Assembly (NCBI GenBank): GCA_963713605.1
Contig: CAVQMO010000001.1
Span: forward strand, 736,001-800,000
Length of the DNA: 64,000 bases
Direction: 5' to 3'
Origin: an uncultured Nitrososphaerales archaeon
GTDB taxonomy: Archaea > Thermoproteota > Nitrososphaeria > Nitrososphaerales > Nitrososphaeraceae
The position numbers and the translations under genes are program-made. The number at the start of each line of letters is the position of its first letter. Positions within the stretch are counted from its first letter, which is position 1. The notes below the pieces were generated by a model that had not been told where the DNA came from, did not search any database, and worked only from the letters and a program-made list of their open reading frames with translations. Shown piece after piece: positions 31,543-42,157 of the stretch.

Positions 31543-32238
31543 TCATCTACTATAACCTTCCATCTCAAAGGTGTATCTTGTGCCGCTGCCAGAATCACCT
31601 ATATCAGCCTTGATAGGAAGTGGAAATCCATGTGCGATCCAGATTTTACTTACCTTCGATGGAAGGTCATACTGTAACACGTAAGAATCAATTGTTGTTC
31701 TATTGACTGTAAGGGAGTCTTTTCCAGTTATCCTAATCGGTGCAGTCATGGCGCCTGAAACAACGGTGTCCCAAAGTGCTCCAGGAACTAAATATTTAGG
31801 TTCTGTCGCGAAATTACGAATATCAAGCAATGAAGATTCTATAATCCTGTAAACGTCGGCTAGACTTCCCTCTGGCATCCGCCTATTAGTTAAATACTCC
31901 TTTGTTAGAGCAATACTCCCAGTATAATCACGAGAATCGTTCAGTATGTTAAAGTTTGTCTTCCAGGAATCATTCCCCTCCTGGATAAAGCGCATAGTGA
32001 TTTTTGAATTGACTAAGGACAGCCCGGATGGACTTGTTGAAGTTAGTGTATAGTTTATTCGCGTATTGTTTTGTAATCCTTCCCCTACAATCCATAAATC
32101 CTTTGAAGAGGGTGGACTCAAAAATGAAGGAATAGGCCCCGAAAAGCCGCCTCCGGTAGCCACTATCACCAAACTAACAACAATCCCTAACGTTCCTAGG
32201 ATAGCAGTGAGCAGGATAACTCGTCGTACTGGAGACAT
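31543..32238 (-). CDS. Secreted/membrane-anchored protein, paralog of 32317..33399
   Basis: N-terminal TM; WIVGEG and KIWIAHGFPLPIKA mirror the neighbour's WFVGKG and HIWVNPNLPFPVKA. Confidence 0.7.
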   Translation of the reverse strand: MSPVRRVILLTAILGTLGIVVSLVIVATGGGFSGPIPSFLSPPSSKDLWIVGEGLQNNTRINYTLTSTSPSGLSLVNSKITMRFIQEGNDSWKTNFNILNDSRDYTGSIALTKEYLTNRRMPEGSLADVYRIIESSLLDIRNFATEPKYLVPGALWDTVVSGAMTAPIRITGKDSLTVNRTTIDSYVLQYDLPSKVSKIWIAHGFPLPIKADIGDSGSGTRYTFEMEGYSR

Positions 32239-32316
32239 TATCTCTTGCCAAGTACGATTATTCTTAATAGAAAAGAACCAAAAAAAGATTGTGGGGACTG
32301 AATTAGATTTCCCTCA

Positions 32317-33399
32317 TTAGGTTGCTACAACTCTGAAGTCTGAGCTCTCTATGAATTCTCCTGTAGTTACTCCTTCTTCCGAGGTTAAGGTCACCTTCAC
32401 TTCATACGGGCCCGGTGAGGGGAAAATTACGCTTTGTAGGCTTGTACCGTCATCGGCTCTTTGGCCCTTTAGATCAGTTGTTATGGTTCCATTCTCTGCG
32501 GTTATCGTAAGATCATATGTGACTTGGTTAACGGTTGCCCCAAAACTATCGCTAAAGATTAAGCCAAGCTTCGTTTCCTGGCCTGCAATAATGGGATCTG
32601 GTTCCCATATCAACTGAATACTATAGGAACCCCTACCAGTTAGCTGGGTTAACGGCGACTTAGGGGTCTCTATGACGGCCTCGGGTGGTGGAGGTTGACC
32701 CTTACCAGTGCTTTGGAGTTCAAATGCAAATAGGACAGGAGGTCTTCCACTAGTCACCCCTGCAAAGGTCTCTGCCTTCACGGGGAACGGTAAATTGGGA
32801 TTTACCCAGATATGATTTTTAGCACCATATGTCCAAGATACATCAACCGTGTCAAATGTACCAGCAGGTGTTGTGACCTTGGATGACCCGCCAGGAGAAA
32901 TAGGCGAGCCTCCTATAGCTGCTATTTTCCCCCAATTGGGAGCACTAAGGGACTGCCCAGGCTTGGGGACGTAGGATGCCAGCCACTGCAATGAATTAGA
33001 GTAAGCGTTTCTGTATGGGGCCATTTCAGCAGGTATGACTGAGGATCCTAACGCGCTCATGTCCAAATCACTGAGATGGAATGTACCGTTGTACACCTTT
33101 CCTTGATCGACTACGAATACTGGAGCAATCCAATATTTGTTTGCCTCATCGAATTCCTTTAGGTACATTGTCATCAGAAATGGTCTGCCTTGATTGGTGT
33201 CAAGATTCTGAACCTTGTATGTATAATAAGTATCAGGTGCAGCGCCCTTTCCTACAAACCAATTATTACCCTGACCAAAGGCCGGGGTCTGATCGATTGC
33301 ACTGAACAAAAAAATGCTAGATCCCAGAATAATAACAAGGAAACATACTTCCAAGTTAGCTCGGAAGATCCTTGAGGTCTTGGCTAAGTAGTTTTTCAT
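32317..33399 (-). CDS. Secreted protein with C-terminal Ig-like domain
   Basis: Signal peptide, VTTPAGTFDT motif, Pro-rich linker, FPSPGPYEVKV beta-sandwich. Confidence 0.75.
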   Translation of the reverse strand: MKNYLAKTSRIFRANLEVCFLVIILGSSIFLFSAIDQTPAFGQGNNWFVGKGAAPDTYYTYKVQNLDTNQGRPFLMTMYLKEFDEANKYWIAPVFVVDQGKVYNGTFHLSDLDMSALGSSVIPAEMAPYRNAYSNSLQWLASYVPKPGQSLSAPNWGKIAAIGGSPISPGGSSKVTTPAGTFDTVDVSWTYGAKNHIWVNPNLPFPVKAETFAGVTSGRPPVLFAFELQSTGKGQPPPPEAVIETPKSPLTQLTGRGSYSIQLIWEPDPIIAGQETKLGLIFSDSFGATVNQVTYDLTITAENGTITTDLKGQRADDGTSLQSVIFPSPGPYEVKVTLTSEEGVTTGEFIESSDFRVVAT

Positions 33400-33511
33400 T
33401 AACTGATATGTTCAAAAAGTAACTGATAAATGTTTCAATAACAACCACGCGCCTCAAGTCCAGATTCAAGAGCTAACATAAATATGACTGGTGCACCCTC
33501 ACTTGTGATGT

Positions 33512-33667
33512 ATGTGTAGCTGCCCCAATATCCAATTCTATGAAGTGGAGTTCAAGCTATGGGGGATGCAGGTGGTTCCGACACACAAAAATTGTGGGGA
33601 CCCCCTCACAGATGAACAAGCAACTAAATTCAATAAAGAACTAACCAAAATGTGGAATTTGGAGTAA
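33512..33667 (+). CDS. Small CxC...HxxC protein (51 aa; not in ORF track)
   Basis: Manual translation MCSCPNIQFYEVEFKLWGMQVVPTHKNCGDPLTDEQATKFNKELTKMWNLE. Confidence 0.7.
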   Translation: MCSCPNIQFYEVEFKLWGMQVVPTHKNCGDPLTDEQATKFNKELTKMWNLE

Positions 33668-33707
33668 TCCGTCATTTATTTCTCCAGAGTGTATTTTTCA
33701 GTGCGTC

Positions 33708-33962
33708 TTGGATACAATTCTGTCTTGCCAAGGCGGCAGTAAACCTCTAGACGTTGTATTACGACCAATTCCTACCTTGGCGATTTCAGAGCAATCAGAA
33801 TCTTTGTATCTTGTCACTGGTTTCGGCGTCATAGTCAAATCTAGCCCAGTAAAATTGAACATATGGCAAGATAGAAATATTTTCAACGTTATTCCAGCCG
33901 GAAAACCATACGTCAACTTTATTAAGATCCGGAATGAATTTGGTTTAGGTGATTTTGAATGA
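33708..33962 (+). CDS. Small hypothetical protein
   Basis: 84 aa; stop overlaps next start (ATGA). Confidence 0.6.
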   Translation: MDTILSCQGGSKPLDVVLRPIPTLAISEQSESLYLVTGFGVIVKSSPVKLNIWQDRNIFNVIPAGKPYVNFIKIRNEFGLGDFE

Positions 33963-34213
33963 CCAAGATGCTAACCGTAAATATAGAAACAGATGGCGTT
34001 AATGAAAACGAAGCAAAGGAATGGGTTAACGAGCTTACAAATGTCTATGCGGATATGGAGATTGAAGATGTCAATGTCTCGGGTAACAAGATCTCATTTA
34101 AAGCTGGCTTTTCGGGAATGGACGATACCGACCCAGACGATATCAAGATGAAAATCGACGAGTACCTCACAATGAATGAAGCATTCCAAGCCAAGAACGT
34201 TTCAATAAAGTAA
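33959..34213 (+). CDS. Small acidic hypothetical protein
   Basis: 84 aa, GGTGA RBS-like sequence upstream, followed by a T-tract. Confidence 0.75.
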   Translation: MTKMLTVNIETDGVNENEAKEWVNELTNVYADMEIEDVNVSGNKISFKAGFSGMDDTDPDDIKMKIDEYLTMNEAFQAKNVSIK

Positions 34214-34224
34214 GGCACGCGTCA

Positions 34225-34250
34225 TTTCTGTTTATTTTCTTTTTATTTGT
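34225..34250 (+). terminator. Oligo-T archaeal terminator
   Basis: TTTCTGTTTATTTTCTTTTTATTTGT directly after the stop at 34213. Confidence 0.5.
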
Positions 34251-34331
34251 CAGATTGTTGTAATTAATAAATCATTAAAAATAGTTACTCTAGTTTAAAT
34301 AATAGTATAAGAGCCTCATATAGGTCAAACG

Positions 34332-34571
34332 ATGACGTGTAAAGGTATCTGCATTAGACATAGGGCACAAAAGCCTGTCGGTTCAGGTCGGTACGTCAGT
34401 GGTCAGAGGCGATGTCAGATTTGCGAAATTTTCATCAAGTGGGAAGGGTTATGGTGTCCTTGTTGTGGATATAGGCTAAGAACTAAACCAAGAAACCTTA
34501 AGTACAAAGCAAAATTGCGTGCCAGAAATAAGAGAGTTGAAATTACTCAACCCGCAATAACCGTTCGGTGA
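34332..34571 (+). CDS. Basic Cys-rich zinc-ribbon protein
   Basis: CKGIC, CQIC, CPCCG; very K/R-rich. Confidence 0.8.
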   Translation: MTCKGICIRHRAQKPVGSGRYVSGQRRCQICEIFIKWEGLWCPCCGYRLRTKPRNLKYKAKLRARNKRVEITQPAITVR

Positions 34572-35460
34572 GACCTAAGAAGCTGCTTGGTGGCTTTGGT
34601 AAGCTGTGAATTCCATCTTTGAATATGCTCAACGTTCATGCTTAGATCCATTCCAATCTGAATGAGTTTTCCGTATGTATGCAAAAAAGTACTGTCTATC
34701 GACTTTAGAATGTCTGAACAAATTTTCCCTACATAGTAATAACAGTCTGCCGTCATTCCAGATTCGTAAAGAAACTTTATTTTGGCTTCAATTAAGGATC
34801 TATCGTACCTATTCGCAGCGAGTCGAGAACATGAAGGAATCGATCGTTTCAGCAGTGAACCCGTTGCTCTCTCTACCCCAATAATTTCTAGAGCTAATGA
34901 AAGGCTCTCAGATTCGAACTGATTTGGTTCCAAAGCCCTTCGGATTAATTCTAGCTGATGCAACGGAGATCCAGGTAATCCGGAAAAAAAGACAAGACTC
35001 TGCATAATTTCATAGGCGGAAATCTTAAGTAGCATCGATGAAATGATGGGAAATTTCTGTGACATCCTCTCGATTTCAGTGTATCTCATTAAGCAAGAGA
35101 TGAGTAACTTTCTAGCAATCGCTGATTTGCTGCTAGTTCGCCTTGCATCATTCATGACGGTATTTCTTATTGAATGTAGCTCGAGGTTATCCATATCATT
35201 TAGCACGATTCCTTCAACGCTATCTGGTACTATTTTCATTAACTTAGATTTCAAAGGAATGTAGATAGCTCCGTCCAATATGAACCAAGTTTCATTACCT
35301 CATGCGGTCGATTACCCTTCGATAAAACCATAATATCATACTCACAACAGGGCTTTGACATTCCTAGGCCCATCGCTCTACAACCAATGAGCAAGGCTGG
35401 CGCCCTTAGGATTTCAATGACGTAAGTCGAAATGGCTGGTGGAATGTGGATGTCTTCCAA
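34547..35460 (-). CDS. Nucleotidyltransferase-like protein (frameshift near 35265)
   Basis: LLIGCRA...CEYDIMV resembles the hG[SC]-x-DxD motif of minimal nucleotidyltransferases; helical C-terminus in the next frame. Confidence 0.55.
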
Positions 35461-35582
35461 TAAATCAAGTTCATCTGGGGACTACCAAATATAATGCAAT
35501 CCATTTAAGTGACAGTCTCTTTCATCCTAACTAATTCACTGAGGAACTATCTGAGGTATGTATTATGATGTTTTGAACGCAA

Positions 35583-35592
35583 TTTTTATATG
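35583..35592 (+). promoter_or_regulatory. TATA box of tRNA-Glu
   Basis: TTTTTATATG about 25-30 nt upstream of the tRNA 5' end. Confidence 0.55.
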
Positions 35593-35615
35593 ATGAATAG
35601 CATGCAATGTGTTGA

Positions 35616-35722
35616 GCTCCGGTGGTGTAGTCCGGTTAAGCATTTCGCCCTCTCAAGGCGGAGATCCCGGGTTCAAACGGATCGCGGTCAAAGCCGCAGC
35701 GGAACAAATCCCGGCCGGAGCA
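35616..35722 (+). tRNA. tRNA-Glu(CTC) with a 31-nt non-canonical T-loop intron (58/59)
   Basis: GCTCCGG/CCGGAGC acceptor, TCGCC-CT-CTC-AA-GGCGG; intron 35677-35707 with BHB helix GTTC/GAAC and two AAA bulges. Confidence 0.92.
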
Positions 35723-35967
35723 TTAAATATGGATGTCTCTTCAGGATTCAGTAGTCCGGTCATTCTCTTCATCTTTTCTGACTGATTTGCCAGAATAATA
35801 GGGGGACTATCTTACTCTTCATCATCCGGTACGATTAGCAGAATTGGAAGATAGAATTCTTCGCTCATAAATATAATCCATTTGGACAGGCAAAACCAAG
35901 AGTGTCATTCTTTCAGTATTATCTTGATTAAAGGCACAATAAATATTGTTTCTTATTCATCATAAGG

Positions 35968-36156
35968 CTACACTTCAAAAATGGAAGTATCGTCGGTTAT
36001 TAACGCACTATGATAGGCCGCGTTACATATCGGACACATTGAGTGTACACTGATGCATTCGATGCAAAAATCACCAGCCTGTAGATATTCATAGTCATCA
36101 CCCGTGTAGAAACAGCTCTCACACACTCTTTTCAATATCATTCCGATCAGTTCCAA
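35968..36156 (-). CDS. Small Cys-rich zinc-binding protein
   Basis: CESC, CIEC..H, CPIC..H in 62 aa. Confidence 0.6.
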   Translation of the reverse strand: MELIGMILKRVCESCFYTGDDYEYLQAGDFCIECISVHSMCPICNAAYHSALITDDTSIFEV

Positions 36157-36815
36157 CTCTTATTTAATGGTTCTCGATATACTGCAAACAGAAAGGACCG
36201 GATTTAATCAAGTACCTACTTTGTAGTAATTCTCTTACATCAAATGACTCAGAATAATATATTGCAACTGAAAAATATGAAGCATGTGATCCTTCTACAT
36301 TTTAACAATGACTTCTCCAAGATTATACCTCAATTTAGCCAGGGGTAATTAAGCTTATCAGAAATATCCAATGCAATTACAGCATTCAATGATAAGCCCT
36401 TCATGGATCACAACCCCTCCTACAGAAGAACCCACCCACCTTTAACACATATTATCAAATTGATTCCTTAAACATAGACTCTTTTCAGAATAGGAAATAA
36501 TCGATTTTCTTAATAGGTCTTGACCTATCGATTAGCAGTTGTAGATGCAATTGTCATCACATCCATTTTTTCAAGACAGAGGGTAAAGATGTTCTCTCAA
36601 TTGCCATTATCACTAGTCAGTCTTGTTGTTACCGAATGGCCACTTCTTATGTGAGTGTTGTGATGTAACCTTGTCAGTTCAGTAACCTTAAGATCTGAGA
36701 AATAATCAGCGTTGTAGCGAGCTAGAATGGTACTACAGTCATGACAGAATACTTCTTTGAATCCCATCTATGCAATATAATAACATAAGATTCATTTAAA
36801 TGATGGTTCTTATCG

Positions 36816-37463
36816 TTATTGTGAGCGTTTGAAGGGCCTACTGCTGATTTCACTTGCTTGACGAAATTTGTTGTCCCTTAGGAGAAACTTCGAGGTTTTA
36901 TAGTAGATCACCTCTCCTCTTCGCTCAATAACAGCTAGAACAGAATCCTTTCCCATCTTGGAAGTCTGATCGATCAAATCATAAAGATCTTCTATCTTTA
37001 AGTTAATCCCTTCGTTCAGTGCATACACCAAATATTTTGAAGGTTTTTTCTGATATTCTCCCCTTTCATATACTCTAAAGTCAATTCCAAAGCCAAATCC
37101 ATCCTTCACAACATAACCCCGACTTCGCAAGTCGCGGTAAACTAGAAATCTTGTAAGTACACTAGGATCGTGCCTTAACATTAGCTTTATCAACTGCTCA
37201 AATCCGATGTTAACGTCTTCATTATTTTTTATAATTAACCTATTTGTAAATGCCAAGTATAGAGCCTCACAATAGCTAAGAGTGTATTCCGAATCCTCGC
37301 TCTCGCCGAATCCTTTTGACCTTAGCTGATCTTGGAATTTCGTTTCGGTTACCGATATCTTGGTCTCTCCGGATGGTATAATTGCCTCAATTAAGTATGA
37401 TATATCGAGGTCTGAGCCCTCAATATCAGCGGACATAACGAATAAATCGGAGCTTGTCCACAT
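36816..37463 (-). CDS. endA: tRNA-splicing endonuclease subunit (probably structural subunit)
   Basis: LSYCEALYL, VYRDLRSRGY, GIDFRVYERG, AVIERRGEVIYY; catalytic His appears absent. Confidence 0.85.
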   Translation of the reverse strand: MWTSSDLFVMSADIEGSDLDISYLIEAIIPSGETKISVTETKFQDQLRSKGFGESEDSEYTLSYCEALYLAFTNRLIIKNNEDVNIGFEQLIKLMLRHDPSVLTRFLVYRDLRSRGYVVKDGFGFGIDFRVYERGEYQKKPSKYLVYALNEGINLKIEDLYDLIDQTSKMGKDSVLAVIERRGEVIYYKTSKFLLRDNKFRQASEISSRPFKRSQ

Positions 37464-37488
37464 TTAAGCATTAAAAAACAGGTGCATT

Positions 37489-38007
37489 TTGTTGAAGGGT
37501 AGTAATTATAGAGAAATTCGTGGTATGCCATACGTAAGAAAGGAATACATTAGAGGCAAGCCTCAGTTGAAGATTGCTAGGTTCTCGTCTGGAGAATTTA
37601 GGGATGATTATGATTACAAGATTGAGCTCGTGGTAGAGGAAAGGCGCCAAATCAGGCATAACGCATTGGAGGCAGCAAGACTCGGTGCTAACAAGACGTT
37701 GGCATCTGCAGGTGAGACGAGTTTCTTCTCAAGCATTAGGGTATTCCCTCACGTTATTCTGCGTGAAAATAAAATGATTGCAACGGCAGGAGCCGATCGA
37801 TTACAAGAGGGAATGAGGAGAGCTTTTGGCAAGGCGACAGGTCTGGCTGCTAGGGTTTATCCAGGAGACACCATTTATGAGGCATACGTGAGTGCTGAAA
37901 ACCTCCAACTTGCTAAGCAAGCACTAAAAGTAGCTGCCGGTAAGCTCGGATGTTTGACGGCAACAAAATTGACTCAGCTTCGCCAAAATCAACCAAAGGA
38001 AGAATAG
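37489..38007 (+). CDS. rpl10e: 50S ribosomal protein L10e (uL16)
   Basis: QIRHNALEAAR, LRENKMIATAGADRLQEGMRRAFGK. Confidence 0.95.
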   Translation: MLKGSNYREIRGMPYVRKEYIRGKPQLKIARFSSGEFRDDYDYKIELVVEERRQIRHNALEAARLGANKTLASAGETSFFSSIRVFPHVILRENKMIATAGADRLQEGMRRAFGKATGLAARVYPGDTIYEAYVSAENLQLAKQALKVAAGKLGCLTATKLTQLRQNQPKEE

Positions 38008-38371
38008 AAAACTACTCGTATTGTGAACTATTTAGAGTACCTTGGCATGCACTGGATGATGGATACATGCCATGTAGATTGGCTGCGAAATTCTACATGT
38101 GATTCTAATCGTCTTGTACAATAATTAATTATTTTGAATAGTCGTGAATGGTGGAATATGGTTAAAAAATTTTTTGCTGATTTCAGAAGCCGAGACTGGG
38201 TCCATTTCACTCCAAAATTTGACCCTCGATTGCTCATTCAGAACAACTATTTGAATAAGAGCATGACAGATGCATTAATTCCTGGACTGTTTATTATGAG
38301 ATGTAACTTTGCTGGATTGTTGTGTTTGTGTGACTACCCATTAAGGGTTCAGAAATAAAATACCTCCGAAT

Positions 38372-40040
38372 TTATGTTGGTATATTTACTTGAACTGCTC
38401 GAAGTACTGAGGCGTCACTTGTTTCTGCTCCTACCATAAGCGTGTAATTCCCTGACTCTACTTCTAGTGTTGGCGCTATTATGAGGCTTATTTGCTTAGT
38501 TTGTCCTGGTTGTAATCTGACAGAGTTCTCACTAAAAAGCCCTGAGACATTACCCAAATTACCTGTCGTGGTAAAGGACCCTGCTGCCTAACATGTCTGC
38601 CGTCAAACTAGCATTACTGTTTGAAGTAACGTTTATTCTAACCTCCTCATTACCGCCCCTTTGCAGGGTAAAATTGTTAGGCAAAACAGAAATAGATATG
38701 GGTAAAAGTCTGTCCGTCAGCACCCTGCCAATTTTATTTTCAGACCATTCTGAAAACCATACTTCATTATTTTTGCCCACATCAAACTGCAAAGCATTAC
38801 TTATACCGCATTGACTGACCTCATCTTGGCATGGTCCCCAAAGTTTGTTTTGGGAAGGAATCCAATATTCAGTGAGCGTCATGTTGTTGGGGTTAAAGCT
38901 TGACATTTTGTTTCCGGTATGTTGGTTGAACCATATTGTACCGTTTTCGCCTGTTTTTATCCAATATGGCAAAGTATAGGCCGCGGCTATGGCTTTGCTT
39001 TGTCCTAGTGTTCTTGGAGACACGGTAGATGTTGTAAACTTCGTAATGTCTCCAGATGCAGGATCTAGCCGATAGAAAATACTAGTCCCATGGTCAGTAA
39101 CCCACAAATTATCATTGAGATCAAGTGTTAATCCTACTGGAGAGGTAATATCGTCTGGCATTTCGTAAGAAGTAAAGGTATTATTCTTTAAATCATATCC
39201 TAAGATCTGTCCTTTCGTGTTGAAAGCAAGTAAAGAAATGAACAACCTGTCGTTACCCTCGTCCAAGACAATGGATCCAGTGCTTACTAGATCTGGATCT
39301 ACTCCTTTAAACGAGTCAAGCGGAATCCCTATGCGTTCTATTCCTTCCGCAGTACCGTTCCTCATCTGAGAAATGTTACCTATCCATATCGAAGGAGATC
39401 TTATTCCAACAAAGTAAATATTGCTACCATTTTTATCTATCTCCATGGAGACCGGATAGGTCGTTCCGAATGCCTCTGATTTCTCCGGTACCATAAACAT
39501 TTCAAAGGATCCTGTCTCATTTGAAAATCTCCATAACGCATTTTGTTTTTCATCAGTAAACCAGATATTCCCTTTATTGTCAATGTCAAAATCCCAAACC
39601 TGCGAGGACATTGTGGGATTCTCCCTAGAAGGCCAGCTCGGAATTTTATATTCTTCTCCAAATGTATTGGTAATCTTATCATACCTTCCCAACGTGCCAT
39701 TCTTTGTAGATATGTACCAAATATTTTGGTTCTGAGAATCCACACCAATGGCCAAGGGCATCTCACAAAGGGCTGGAAGAGGGTATTCAATAACAAGGTA
39801 GCTAGAATTGGGATGTGAATTTAGCCCACAGAATTGGGCGTTGAATTTTTCTACTGCGTCGGCTTTAGACCCTGAGACGAGTTCGGACACATCCTTGTTA
39901 GCCTCTTGGGATGGACCTGAACTGATATTGGAGGAATATACTAATGAAATACCCACAATTGCAATAATGGCTAGAACAACGAAAACGACTATTTTCTTTT
40001 TTTGAAAATGTTTCGACTTGCTCCCCCTTTTTTCTACCAA
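38372..40040 (-). CDS. Virginiamycin B lyase-like beta-propeller, membrane-anchored (frameshift near 38575)
   Basis: Repeated GNIWFT/NLWVTD/GTIWFN/VWFSE blades, N-terminal TM, C-terminal Ig-like part in the next frame. Confidence 0.8.
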
Positions 40041-40492
40041 TTACTCTTCAAGAGCAACTTTTGCTCCCATATAAATTCTTAAGACCAAATGAACTGTTTA
40101 GAATTTTGAGGGTTTAGATAGTCTTATAGTCCTTGTCCATTCCCACCATAATAAAATTGATGTCCAAACCCGTTTCTTAGAGATCAGATCAGTTCTGAAA
40201 CGATTTTAACCTGCGTTCAAAAATGTTTGGTCCGTATTCGTGATTCTGGCAAGGGAAATTCCATAAAATGAATCGCTAACTGACGAAAAAACTAAACAAC
40301 TGACGAAACAATTTAGTGATCATGCCCTGCTATTGAATCCAGCACTAACTGAATGATCATTGCAACTAAGATTGGCGTCAAGATCTGGCTCTGCCATGAT
40401 CCTAAGTAGCCTTTCAGATGGATCTGTGAAAATTTGAACAGCTGGAAAGGCACTAATAACAGGTCGTACCACATTCCTCCTGAAATCGTAAA

Positions 40493-41059
40493 ATGCCTAA
40501 ACGGAAGGTAAAAGAGGAGAAACCAAGAAAAAGACTAGGTAAAAAAGAATTACTCATACCGCCAGCGGCCATGGGGGCATCTCTGCTTGTGACCTTGGTA
40601 ATAATTCCTCTATTTGCACCCCCTCCAACCCCTCTTGAAGTCTGTCTAAAAGGGCATAACGTAGACACGTTCAGCATACATCCTACTGTAGAAGTATCAG
40701 TTAATGGTGAACCAAAATTACTTCCTGCTGGGATAGGAAATGATACCGTGGATGGTAAAGAGTGTCTCAAAACCATCCATACTGACACTCAAGGCAACAC
40801 AATTCACATTGAGTATGTCAGACCAATTAGGCTTACTTTGGGTGATTTTATGAAAATCTATTCGCCAGACAATTCGACCATTCCGATAATAGATAATTCA
40901 ACAGGGTCGTTCTCAGAACAGCGTCTTAATCTCAGTGATTATGAAATTTCTTATTCGTACTACTCAGAAAATAATGAATTTACAAATGTCAAGAATGGTA
41001 GTGACGTGCCGCCGTTTAGAGACAACATGGTAAGCCGGATCGAACTTAATTCAAAATAA
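40493..41059 (+). CDS. Membrane-anchored hypothetical protein
   Basis: N-terminal TM; LPAGIG..C..IHTD..IHIE..TLGDF motif pattern. Confidence 0.7.
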   Translation: MPKRKVKEEKPRKRLGKKELLIPPAAMGASLLVTLVIIPLFAPPPTPLEVCLKGHNVDTFSIHPTVEVSVNGEPKLLPAGIGNDTVDGKECLKTIHTDTQGNTIHIEYVRPIRLTLGDFMKIYSPDNSTIPIIDNSTGSFSEQRLNLSDYEISYSYYSENNEFTNVKNGSDVPPFRDNMVSRIELNSK

Positions 41060-41096
41060 ATATAATACTGGAACAATTCTTTCTGATCTAACCTCT

Positions 41097-42123
41097 TTGA
41101 CACGCAAGACAGCTGTTGTGATAAAAGGTGATGGAACCGGCCCAGAGCTCGTTGAAGCTGTCTTAAATGTATTAAAATCATGTAACTCACAGGTTGAATT
41201 CGTGATTTGCGACGCAGGTTCTGATTGGTGGATGAAGGCAGGTGGCAATTCATACATTTCGGATGAAGTATGGAACCTTCTCGCACAAAGTGATGCGTGC
41301 TTTAAAGGCCCGACTACCACTGTTCCAACACTTGAGGCTCCTCGCAGTGTAGCAGTTAGCATAAGACAAAGATTTGAACTTTATGCAAATGTGAGGCCGA
41401 TCAAGACATACAGGCAGTCAGAGCGAAAGCTTGACTTCCTATGTGTTAGAGAGGCTACAGAAGGTCTCTATGCAGGGATAGAGTTCAGAACTAGTGAGGA
41501 TTCCGCGATTGCAGTAAGGAAGACAACAAGAAAAGGATGTGAGCGAGTGGCTCTTAAGGCTTTTGAGTTAGCCAAAGAACGACACTATCGAAAGTTAGTA
41601 GCGGTGACGAAACGGAATATCTTGAAAGTAACGGATGGAATATTTTGGAATTCTGTTGAAAAAATCAGTCATCAGTTCCAAGGTATTGGGGTAGAAGAGT
41701 ATTATGTGGACAACATGACTCAGCAGCTTGTAAAAAATCCTGAACGATTCAATCAAAACTGTACTTTTGAGTACAAATTTATTTATGGATATCATTTCAG
41801 AGTGTGCTTCAGGTCACGTAGGTTCGATTGGTAGCGTTTATTCTGGAAATTTCGGAGAGAGTTACGCAATGTTTGAGCCTGCGCATGGGAGTGCACCGAA
41901 ATATTCTGGAATGGATAAAGTGAATCCTGTAGCTTCTATCCTTTCAGGCGCCTGGTTAGTAAGATATCTAGGTGAAACGGATATCTCTAGCGCAATTTTT
42001 GAGGCAACTGAAAAAATAATTGCAGACGGAAAGTATGTAACATATGACCTTGGGGGGGAGTCATCTCTATCCCGCATGACCGCTGAAATTTCCCAGAAAT
42101 CATCTAATCTGCTGCGGAAATGA
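41097..42123 (+). CDS. leuB: Isopropylmalate/isocitrate dehydrogenase family (frameshift near 41760)
   Basis: GDGTGPE, LYANVRP, REATEGLY, NLFMDIISE, FEPAHGSAP. Confidence 0.8.
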
Positions 42124-42157
42124 GATCATTTCTTTATATTGGCCTATTATGAACTAG

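Noticed and set aside
40270..40460. Short repeats (AACTGACGAAA x2), GTGATCA...CTGA boxes and a GCCTTT/AAAGGC stem as a guide RNA
   Set aside because: Incomplete box set and no recognisable target
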